A stretch of DNA of 64,000 nt, taken from positions 3,158,512-3,222,511 of the forward strand of contig CM121342.1 of assembly GCA_051530055.1 (NCBI GenBank). Direction: 5' to 3'. Origin of the DNA: Neoechinorhynchus agilis. Lineage: Eukaryota; Animalia; Acanthocephala. Numbering within the stretch: position 1 is the first letter of the stretch; every line of letters begins with the position of its first letter. This document shows, one piece after another, positions 33,790 through 44,704 of the stretch. A model generated the notes under the pieces. It had not been told where the DNA came from and did not search any database. It saw only the letters and a program-made list of their open reading frames with translations. Both the position numbers and the translations under genes were made by a program.

Positions 33790-36700
33790 AATCTGATGGT
33801 CTCTCACTTAGGGACTATATAGTTTTAAATGAAAAATCTTTGAGTAATTTTAATGCTGATTTAAAATCTCTGCTGTCCAAGGAGAGATTGATTTCTCTTT
33901 TTAATGAAATCATATTAAAATCGGTAAAAGCCCATCTCACCACTCAATCTTACATAAAGCGACGTTCGCTATGTAAAACGGCTAATATGTTTTACAAAAA
34001 AGAAATTATTGCTGATATTTTAAACAATAAAAGTATGCATTCCTCTTTCATGAAGAAGTTTTACACCGAGAAATGGCTTTTTCAAATTTCCCAAGACAAA
34101 AAATATCTTGTAAATATGAAATGCTTTGGGAAAGGTTTCTGGCATGCCGTTTTACACAAGAAACCAATTTGTTGGAGAGCAAAAGCTGCCAATTGGATTC
34201 CTGCCATATTATGATATGGCAGGAATCTTCGGTGATAGAGGAAATTTTATATACGCATACGTACTCGGCCTATTCAGCTCCTCCTCTTTCCATTTTTAAT
34301 AAAAATCTTTTACTTGGAACCTGAGTGTCGACACTCTGCTAGAGTCCTGTGGATCTCACGGCTCTGCTATTAGTGATGAGATCAAATTTTTATTCTTTTC
34401 AAACCTCAAGTTAAAGAAACTGGATTTTAAAGATTTGTTAAATATAAATGTCGTGAAAAAGGTTTTCTTACCCAAAACGAAGGGACCCATAAACAATCCG
34501 TCACAGATCAGGGTTATTTCTAACCAAAACTCTATAATTTCTTGCTTGGAAAGAGAAGTGAATAAAACTCTTTATAGGAACCTCGAAGTGAGGAAACTTA
34601 TCCCCGTTTACTTCCACGGTTTTATAAAAGGTAAAGGGGTTACAAAAATTCTTTCAATACCTTAAAAAGGGAAATAATGTTAAAAGCAATTGAGGATGTC
34701 GTCCCAGAGGCTTACCCCTATTTCTGGAGAGCATATGCTAACCATACGCTACTGCTGTACAACGACAAAATAATTTGGTCGCAGAGTGGTGTACAACAGG
34801 GAGATCCACTCGGCCCCATAGGCTTCTCCGTCGTAGTAAATGATCTTGCCCATTCAATGTTTTCTCCTTTCAACGCTTGGTCCTTGGACGATGCCACACT
34901 CGGTGGCGATTCAAGTGTTGTTTTGAGCGACCTTCAAAGGATCTGAATGAAGCTGACCGTGCGAACTTCTTATCCTGAACGCAACTGAAAACGAGCGCTC
35001 TCAAATCTCTAGCGATTTTGAATCAGTTGCTCCTGGTCCGGGTTTGATCACCCTTGACCAGCTCACACTCCTCGGGAGCTGCGTTCTTGCTGAGAATGTT
35101 GCGAAGGACCTGCGCGCACAAATCCCGAAAATGGAGTTGCTCTACGGCCGAACTTCTGAGCTTTTGGCACATGAGGGTCTCTTCTTGATCAAGAATTGCC
35201 TCTATATGCCGAAATTGCTTCATAAGCTAAGAGCAGCTCCATGTTTCGGAGAAGACAAATTGTTAGGAGAGCTCGACGGGGTAATTCGTAAGCAGCTGGG
35301 ACATATATTGAATGTCAAATTTTCTGACACAGGTTGGCGACAAGCTACTTTTCCCACGGCTTATGGTGGTTTGGGAGTTCACACCACTTCAGACGTCGCT
35401 TTACCTGCCTTCCTCTCCTCTTGCCGGGCAAGTAAAGTCTATGTCGATGCCATTTTAGGCACATCACTGAAGGATGCGATCTTTGAAACAGGATTATCTC
35501 AATGGCATCAATTGACAGGCATCAACCAGCTCCCCGCAAATGAGTGCAAACAGTCGTCTTGGGACATTCCTCTTGTTCAGAAGATTCACAACTCTTTCAA
35601 AGATATTCTGAATGAGGTGTCTCAGGTCCGGCTGGTAGCCTCTTCCACGAAGGAGTCGGGAGCGTGGCTGAATGCTCTCCCTGTAGGTAAACTTGGAAAT
35701 CTCCTTGCTGACTCAGTCGTCAGGATCGCAATATCCTTGAGATTAGGCCTACCGATTTGTATCCCGCATCGCTGCAGCTGCGGCACTATAGTGGATTCTT
35801 CGGGGAGACACGGTCTCATATGCAAGACGTCATCGGGACGATTTCCAAGGCATGCTGAAATCAATGCCATTCTGAGTAGGACTCTAAAAACGCTTTCCCT
35901 TCCAAACATTCTAGAACCCACTAATCTTTGTAGATTAGATGGAAGACGCCCTGATGGCGTGACCGTTTTTCCTCGGCGGGAGGGAAAATGTTTGTTGTGG
36001 GATGCAACGTGTATGGACACGTTGGCAAACTCCAACATCGGCCACTCGAAAAAAGGTCCAGGAGGAGCGGCGACGGCGGCAGAGGATCGGAAATGTTCAA
36101 AATACAGGGAGCTAATCCAAAATTACCATTTTGTCCCCTTCGGTGTGGAAACGTACCTTGGGAGGGTCGGCACTAGCCCTCCTCGTGAAGGACTTGGGGA
36201 AACGAATCAACGCGGCGACTGGAGAGCCAAGATCGACGTCGTTCTTGGCGCAAGAAATAAGCATTGCGGTGCAGCGGGGCAATGCGGCCAGCGTTTTGGC
36301 CAGCGCCGATGAATGGGAGCGTTGATGAAACTATAAATTATGTATGCTTGCTAAAAAAAATTTCATATAAAAAAGGGGTTAACACCCTCATAGATGCTTT
36401 AAACTCCCTTAATATGATAAAATTTCAGCACAAAGTACTAATTCAACTTGACCTAAACAAAGCATTCGATGTTTTAGCCAGATCTTTTCTATACAAGGCC
36501 CTTGATGAGTTAAAGGTGCCGTTAAATATTATTTATAAGATTAATTATTTAATAAAATCTAAATCTTTTTACTATGAGGTGGATCCTGGGAAAACTAAAT
36601 TTTTCTCCAGATTTGGCGTCCCTCAAGGATCTCCGCTATCCCCTACCCTTTTTCTTATTTCCCTCGTTTTTACTTCCAAGAAAATCAAACTACTTTAGGG

Positions 36701-37310
36701 AATTTATCATCTGGTTTATGCAGACGATATTTTCGTATTTTGCAGGCAAGGTTTTGCCCACCTCTTTTATCCAAAATCCATATAGCATTAAACGCTCTTA
36801 GTGTCAATTTAAAGTTAGCCAACTTGGCCATTAACCCTGGTAAAATATTTTTTATTCCTCTTACTAATTCTCCCTCTTCCAGGAAACTTTTAATAAATAA
36901 TTTAAATAATAGCTCTGCCTATAATCACTCGAATATAAAAAATCAACACGAATTTTAGGGTTAGATTTTCCATCCAAAATGCACGGGTTCTTAATCAATT
37001 CCTCTTTTAATAATACCTTTGTTAAAAGTAAATGTGTTCTTAAAAGAGCTTCCTACCTGGGCTTGAGTTTTAATATTCTCTTACCGGTTGTAAAAACATT
37101 ATTAGGAGGCTCATTATGTTTTTGTTGGTAGAGGCCGTCCGAGCTTAGAATACCATTATTTTTTAGATGTTTTAAGAAACTACAAAAACCTTTATGTAAT
37201 TACACTTTGTTCCAGGAGCCCCTATTATCATTTTTATCAAGATTATTCTTAGAAATTTTTTATTCTTCTCCTCAAACTCCAAAAAAGGTAAGTTTTTTTA
37301 ACTAAATCTA
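33790..37310 (+). mobile_element. I/Jockey-group-like ORF2 pieces (33790-34670 and 36335-37310) interrupted by CRE family B
   Basis: QIRVISNQNSIISCLER, FHGF; QLDLNKAFD, GVPQGSPLSP, YADD. Confidence 0.8.
34675..36330 (+). mobile_element. CRE-clade family B, 5'-truncated (RT motifs 4-7, CCHC, RLE)
   Basis: GVQQGDPLGP, WSLDDATLGG, QATFPTAYGGLG, CSCG..VDSSGRHGLIC, RPDG..WDATC, FVPFGVET, AVQRGNAASV. Confidence 0.92.
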
Positions 37311-37613
37311 AATTTTTTTACGATCCATTATACGATAAAGATCATTCTAAGGCACAATCACCTCAATCTATTCAGTTAGCAGACGCAAGTTTTTTACAAT
37401 ATACAATCAATTAATGTACAAAGACCGGAAAAGAATTTTTAAGGCAAATTAATTCAATATTGTGAACTTGAAGGCAAGATCCTGATCCCTATCTATGCAA
37501 GTGTCCCGAGGGGTTTAAAGAGTCATCCCTAAAACTAGGGATTCGGGCGTAGGGACGGATTCACGACGGAACTTTATCGACAAACTGTTAATTGACTAAT
37601 CTCATATAACCAG

Positions 37614-38110
37614 ATGTGGAAGATATAAGGCTTTTTAAACAAATAAATAAAAATAAGTTGAGCGATTCCGATCTGTTCAATGTGAACTTACTTTCGATAT
37701 TCTCCGATCTACGATCAAATGAATAACCCTGCCCATTAGTCAACCGCACCAACATTGAATTAATAGCAGCAGCGATCGAGAACAGTTTAACAGGAAGATT
37801 GCGGGTCAATGAAATCTACCTATGGATTGGGGATAATATTCCATATTTTCCACAAATAGCCGATAGCAGGTCTTGGAAAGGATCGGTCAGGAACACGCTT
37901 GCCTATTGTCGTAGATTCAAGAAATTTCCAATTCGAGGGAGACCAAGAAAATCGTTTTGGAAGATAAATATTAACGGGGTGGGTAGTCGAATGTGGCGAC
38001 CAAAAGGACCACGGCAAATTGTCCAGAGATTGAGTATTCATCATCCTCATTTGAATGGCAATGTCGCTGAAGTGGCTCAACCGAACAATTCACAAATCAA
38101 CAACCTGTAG
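37614..38110 (+). CDS. Divergent forkhead (FOX) domain gene, right copy; start unresolved, in-frame TAA at 37724-37726
   Basis: IELIAAAIENS...LRVNEIYLWI..NIPYF..SWKGSVRNTL...FKKFP..KSFWKIN. May be a pseudogene. Confidence 0.72.
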
Positions 38111-40389
38111 CACTTAACGGTTACCGAGACTGTGATGGCAAATGACCACCGAGATTCAGTGTGTTTCCGATAATCTCACAATGTAAATCCAATGGAACAG
38201 TGAATACTTAAACGATATCACCGTTCTATATAGAAAGATGTCGTTCAACGCTTCACCATATTTCCCAATACCGCCACGCGATGGTCTCTTGAAAATCACT
38301 CTCATAATCGTCTTAAGGAAAGCGACTTCTTTTAACTTACTGATCAACATCGAGTTTCATGCCAAAATCTATGCAATACCAGGAAACATTTTCTTAAAAT
38401 GAAAATAACATTCATGAGGCTTCAGGGCAATTTTAAATAGGTTAAGAAAAGAAATTATATTGACATTTTAACAAAAGGTTTAAAATAGTTTATGTTTGTT
38501 TTATTATACGTAGAGGTCTTATCCATGGATTGAGAGCTCTTATTAGTGCATTTCATATCAATCGCTCCAACCCAATAAATCAAATCTATTTGTCGCAGCT
38601 TCAGATGCATCGATCGTCGCTCGTATCTTCAGAGTTTCATTGAAGAGCAATTAGCGAATTCAAACATTCTCTATTGCTGAAATTAGATGGAATCAATTTA
38701 ATAAAGGGAAAAATGGTGGTAAGGAAATAGAAAAAATTTGAATAGGTTAATTCGTAAAATAAATGACAAATAAATTGCACAAATCTAAAGGACAAATTAT
38801 TTTCTATGAATAAAACCCAGAAGCTGCGACAAGGAAGACTAAGGACGTTCTTAAAGATTTCATTTTAATGATGGCAAAACAAGTGAACGTCAAAGAAATA
38901 ATTAAGCGTGCACGATTCTCTTTCTTTGCAAAACAAATCTGCATTTACTAAGAATTCGGCTGGTCAATCAAGAATTTTGATTATTTTTTGCAAAGAAATC
39001 GTTCTCGAGGAAAAGTAAGAGAAATCGCGCAGGCGTTAAAAGATTAAGCATAGATGTTAGTTCAGTTCCCTTATTTTATCAATGATAATTCCCAATTCGA
39101 TATCATAACCGACTAAATGGATACAACGAAGAGAATAAATTGTTAAATCGTGGAAAGAAGGATCCCTAAAATTTGATATCCATTGAGCGTTGAGCGAGAA
39201 AACACAATCATCAATTGAAAATGCCGGGAGGTTAATGGCAAATTCTCTCAATGAGACTCAATAGAGAAATCCGAAACGGAATCCAAAGCAGCGTCATACT
39301 CAATCAGATTCTAAAATGCCGAGGAAACTTTAGAATTACGAAATGAAGATTTTCTTTCTGGATGAGCAAACCATTCAATCAAATGATGAATGTTCTTCGA
39401 GAAGTCAATAAAGACAAAGATCAAAGATATAAAGGGAATAATTGACAAAAATATTTTGTGCTTCTCAAAAATTGTTTAGATTAAATTAATATCTTTGGAT
39501 TTTTCTCTAAAAAAATCGTCGTCTGGGTTTAAAGCAAACTTCAAAATAACATCCGCGAGTTGCGAAGATTTTATGAAATACATTACTGAAAACCCAATGT
39601 TGGCATATCTGAAGGAAAGAATAGATGATTTTTCCAAATATTGTTTTTTAATAAAAAACAGTTCGCCGGATGTTCTAATGAATCATGAAAAAATGCAACC
39701 TGAATTCGATAAAAATTCACGGAGAAAATAAGAAGCGAGTAAAGCGCTGATTGCCTCGTTGACGCTCACTTTTGTGAAGGGAAATTCAAGAGCGTTTAAC
39801 GAGACTGTGAAAGTTGACGACACACTGGTGAAATACTGAATATCTGACAACTTATTGATCGTCAAAAATATCTCAACGACCAGTTTTCCATCAATGTGAA
39901 AACGTCGCGAGAAAGGTAGAGGTTCCACCCTCCAGAGGAGTTTTCGTTCGTTCCACGGCAACGCGCCGAAGCAATGAGTGAAAGGACACTGACCCCTTTG
40001 ATTTCTGCATTTCTAGAAACTGAAAAAGTAGAAGTTTAAAACCTGTTGTTGTAGCGGAACTTCTAAAATTGTCCAAAACAGCAACAATAATTTAGAGACA
40101 CTAAGAACTATGGACGCAGCGCAATAAATATTCTCGAGATTTAGTAATTTGTGTAGGTATCGCTTACAATCATCTGATTTATTGGGATGGGTCAAAGTCT
40201 CAGATAGCGACGGATTAAATCTTAAAAAGAATATTAATTAATTTGTATCAACTGACATTTGCTTTCCGAAAAATGTATACAAGAAGATGTTGATTTTATA
40301 GGAACTTTATCCTACATTGAGGATGCAGAACGATTAATTAGCCGAGGCACTTAAATTGACGGCAGCTCAATGGAAGTATTCGAAGTAAT

Positions 40390-41231
40390 ACCCAAATCAG
40401 ATCGATCGCTTAGTGGAAGTTAAAATGAACCAGCGCTCAACAATCATCGGTACAAATGGAGAGGCTGTAAAAGCATTGCAACAAAGGTTCCACTTGGTGA
40501 TCGTAGTTCCCGATGAAGACGCAGAGCAAACGCATAATCGATTTATCGTCAGGGGCTTAATCTCGACCAGTGCTCGAAGGCGGTCGAAGAAATAAAAAAT
40601 AAAATGGAATAGATTTCGACCCCAAGAACGCAACAGAAAAATCGGAGGAATTCATGAAATCGATCGTTTGATGGAAGTTAAAATGAACCAGCGCTCAACA
40701 ATCATCGGTACAAATGGAGAGGCTGTAAAAGCATTGCAAGAAAGGTTCCACTTGGTGATTGTAGTTCCCGATGAAGACGCAGAGCAAACGTATAATCGAT
40801 TTATCGTTTTGGGCTTAATCTCGATGAGTGCTCGAAGGCGGTCGAAGAAATAAAAAATGAAATGGAATAGATTTCGACGGCAAGAACTCAATGGAAAAAT
40901 CCGGGGAATTCATCAAATCGATCGCTTAGTGGAAATTAAAATGAACCAGCGCTCAACAATCATCGGTACAAATGAAGAGGCTATAAAAGCATTGCAACAA
41001 AGGTTCCACTTAGTTATTGTAGTTCCCGGTGAGGAAGCAGAGCAAACGGATAATCAATTTATCGTTAGGGATCCCGATCTCGATCAGTGCTCGAAGGCCG
41101 TCGAAGAAATTAAAAAATTATTGGGATGGATTCCGACGACAATTTCCGAGTGCGCTTATTTGTGTGATGGAAAATATTGTGCCTCCTCATATAATTCTAA
41201 TACTAATTGGAAAAAACCATCAAAAGATTAA
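40390..41231 (+). CDS. KH-repeat gene, three units plus unique Cys-containing C-terminus; frame broken between units
   Basis: Units with IIGTNG (GxxG loop); last unit intact ...FIVRDPDLDQCSKAVEEIKK then LLGWIPTTISECAYLCDGKYC. Confidence 0.6.
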
Positions 41232-41492
41232 TTCCTTTGAAAAATGATATAACGTAAATGTCAAATTAAGACAAAAATAAAGGCAAACTTCATGCTTAAA
41301 TCTTATTTTTATTCGGCGAAACTTACGCTAAAGTAGAAAATGCCCTTTAGGCGATGAAAAAAGAACACGACTATAAAATGGACGGAATCATAAGAGAAGA
41401 CTTGGACTCTTAACTCATTGGTCCCTCTTTACAGATCAACGACTATCCGACTTTTCGGATTATTCAAATGGTGGTTAAGGTATCAGGTCCAC

Positions 41493-41748
41493 TCTTCAAG
41501 TTTGTTTTCCTTTTTCTTAGTTTTACCACCCTCATTAGGATTCAAAAATAGAAACTGAGTATTTATTTCCGATATTTCACGTCGGTAATTCTGACATTTC
41601 CCCGAGGTTTGTCATTGTTGAGCGTTTTTAAAAACAAACAATGGCAAACCTTGTGAAAATGTCGGAATTTGTCCGGCATGAAAGATCGGAAATCAGTTTA
41701 ATTTTTGAATCCCAACGAGTTGGGGAAACTATTTCTTCAAGTTTGTTT
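41493..41748. repeat. Loopless imperfect palindrome (41519-41730) flanked by 15-bp direct repeats
   Basis: Centre gtttttaaaaac 41624-41635; arms align by eye with scattered mismatches; tcttcaagtttgttt at 41493-41507 and 41734-41748. Confidence 0.8.
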
Positions 41749-42180
41749 GCAATGACGACATATTCCTTAGAAAAGTTGGGAATTCTGAGCTTTGATTCGT
41801 TGTTTTGCACATTCATAAAAATTGACAAAAAGGACAAAGACATTTTTGGTTAACCTGAAAAATCAATAGATTGCAACAAATTCTGATAGGTTTCCCAATT
41901 TATGATTCTGGTCAAAACGGAGGATAGTCTTCTTTTAACGACTACTTAAGAATATTCTGAGAGATCAGTGACGAGATTGAACGTGGCCAGGAAAAATAGG
42001 TCTCCAACCGAATGATAATACCAAAGAACAACAAAGTTAAAAAAGTTGCAATAAACGCGAATGCGCTTAGAAGGAACCTTCATTTCAACTCGAAAGCAGG
42101 AAACAAAAATCAACTTTCAATATTCAACATTGTCGTATACTCACAATTTCGATCCATTGTTCAAAACCAAACAATCGTAA

Positions 42181-42698
42181 ACAATTCTAGAAATAGAAAC
42201 GTGGAAACCGAACATTTTAAAAATCGACACGGCCGATTTCCACGTCACGATTTCAAACGGCAGCATCGATTAATTCTGTAAACAATGAGAAAGCCGTCCA
42301 GAATCATCAGAATCCCAGACTGCGACAACGAATTCTGGTCAATCTCATCTGTACGATTATTGATGCAATCACAAAAACAGTTTTAAAAGATTTAAACCCT
42401 GCTGCGTTCAACGTGGATATTGAATTTTTTTCGTCGGGCGAAGTAAAAACTTAAACAATTTTTCAAGAAGAGAAGAAATATCAATTTATTTTTATTTCGC
42501 CCTCATCAAAAACAATCCATGGATAACATCTTTACAATATTGGATTTTCGCGTGTTCGAATGATCAATTTGAAGATTTTTTCCAATAAATGACATGTTTG
42601 TTGGAAATTGTGGATCGATTAAAAGAATCCCACTTTTCATTACGGAATTTAACACCATTTTCAAATATTTTAGCACGAACGACATTGCTAACTGCTAA
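42181..42698 (+). CDS. Candidate unknown gene with tiny introns (42443-42467, 42554-42574); 5' end unresolved
   Basis: 87 stop-free codons 42181-42442, then removal of a 25-nt and a 21-nt GT-AG segment keeps the frame open to TAA 42696-42698. No recognisable homology. Confidence 0.35.
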
Positions 42699-44192
42699 GC
42701 CTTTTTTTTCGAAAAAACTTATGAAATCAACGTTTCTTGCAAAATCTTTTTGTCCTATATTAGAGTTTCAGTAGAAGAGACGTGGTTTTTATTGTAACGA
42801 CGATTAAGTAAATGGTTAATATTAGAACAGATATGGAAATTTTGATATCTTGATCGTAGATTGTAATATTTTTGATATTCATGAACGTGTGTAAGTTATT
42901 GATGTGATTTGTTCATTGCTAAGTTCTAATGGTCCGTTCTCTTCCAAATTTTGTCCTAAAATTCCTAGTATTAGTGAACTAACGAAATATCCTTCAATTA
43001 GTAGCCGCATTTTCTCTTGCGGAAAGCTGAAATTCTGAAATGACTAGAAGACCTCTCTCGTCGTCGACTGTCATCCTCCAGCGGATCCGTCATCCACCTC
43101 TCCGGATCCCTTATCCACTCCAAAGTAGACAATCACATTCATTTATCCTATTAGTACTCGAGTATTTACTAATTCAGTTGTTCACGAGGACCCAGCGGTT
43201 CATGGTTCCTCTTCTTTATCACAATAAAAAGTGTTATTATTAAAGACCATATAAGGAAAAAGGTACACAAAGAATTCGAAATGAGTAAAATATTTCTATG
43301 AACTTGGCGACATAAAAACCTTGAATTTTATGCAATACTGAATAGCCGCCGTTCAGATATCCTTAACCGTGTTCATCGCTTCCATTAATGAGTCCTTTAG
43401 AGTCTCAATAATCCGTTCGATGCACTTCTTTAGTACGGCATCAATAAGAGCAGAATAGTTAGTCAAGTGCCGCTCACTATTCATGGATTTGTTCGTAATA
43501 AGTTCAGGGTAGACGCCGAGACGACGTAACAATCTATGTGAAAACACACTGAACGATGCTTTTAACTGTTTATTTCTAATGGAAGCCTTTTTCCCTCTAT
43601 TTGAATACTTTTTTAAAAAAATTCAACAAACAATCAAAACGCCTCCCAAATAGGCGCAAAATTCGTAATCCCAATTCCATTCATCTCCCCTCAACGTCCG
43701 GGCATTTTCCCATACTGCCAATCTTCGCAGATAACTGCAAATAATGCGTATTAGAAAAAATCATATTTATCGCTAATATGGCAGTATATCAGGTCGTAAA
43801 AATTTCTTCGATACGATTTGTCTTATACATTTTAAAAGTCATGCGTCCAATGATATCATCACGATTTGGGTTGCTTGGTGCTTTAGGTAAAAATGTCATA
43901 ATCGGAGATAGTTGCGGATCTGAGCATTCAGTATTGCAATCGAGCTTCTCCTTTTGCTTCTACAATTCATCTACCACATTTTCTCTACATGGAATACAAT
44001 GGGAAATACTCAATTGTTGCTTAAATCTACAGATTTCTTGACCCTACTTCAGTGCACGAATAAGGCCTTGATAAGAATGTATAAAATTTCCATAAGAACC
44101 TTCTTTGATTTATATTCATCAACTCACGTACAAAACGAGAAAGTTTTCTTCAATTAAAGATTTCGTCGTTTGATTCATGAACTCAGTGATCC

Positions 44193-44704
44193 TACGAATC
44201 AATACATCAAGTGCCCAACAATTTCCTTCTGAATCTAACGTTTCCCGCAAATCGACAGATTAAATCTCAAGGTAAAAAATAAGATTTTAAATGTTACAGA
44301 TTTCCGTCAAATCCAAAATAAACAGCGCCTGAGGTGCAATGCTCATAATTTTTTATATTGTACACTCTGTTCTCCTTTCTTAAACGCCAAATTGCTTTTG
44401 AATTGTGGTTTATCAATCCTTCGTTTGAATCTCAAATTCTCATCTGATCCCATAATTTCATAAACTCAGTTATTTTGGGACCTTCCATCGGCACGTTGCT
44501 GATGTGTTTTACAAGCGAATAGAGAACAGATATCAAGAAAAAAATTAGACGCGAAAATTTATCGAGGAAGCCCGTTTTCGACAGTCGGTTGGTACATTTT
44601 TTAAGGATGATGCTGTCATCTACGATGGGCGGATCAAATCTCGGGAAATCTACCAATAACGCGACTGGTAAGTCGCTGGCTGAGCAACAGAAACGTGCTG
44701 TGCC
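44193..44704. repeat. 512-bp direct repeat, copy 1
   Basis: Near-identical to 49026-49538. Confidence 0.9.

Larger units (their letters stand above)
28776..41000. repeat. Inverted copy of left-arm block ~9450-21342
   Basis: Same order of elements in reverse: Fox fragment, CR1-group, gypsy, CRE-C, I-like, CRE-B, I-like, Fox, spacer, KH units. Confidence 0.92.

Noticed and set aside
34622-36385. Target-site duplication around CRE family B (ataaaa..aaggggtta.ca on both sides)
   Set aside because: The match is imperfect, lies ~30 bp from the CRE 5' junction and corresponds to the same RT motif in what may be two related I-like elements.
43353-43547. LLRRLGV match to the CR1-group RT
   Set aside because: Only seven residues; flanks do not align.
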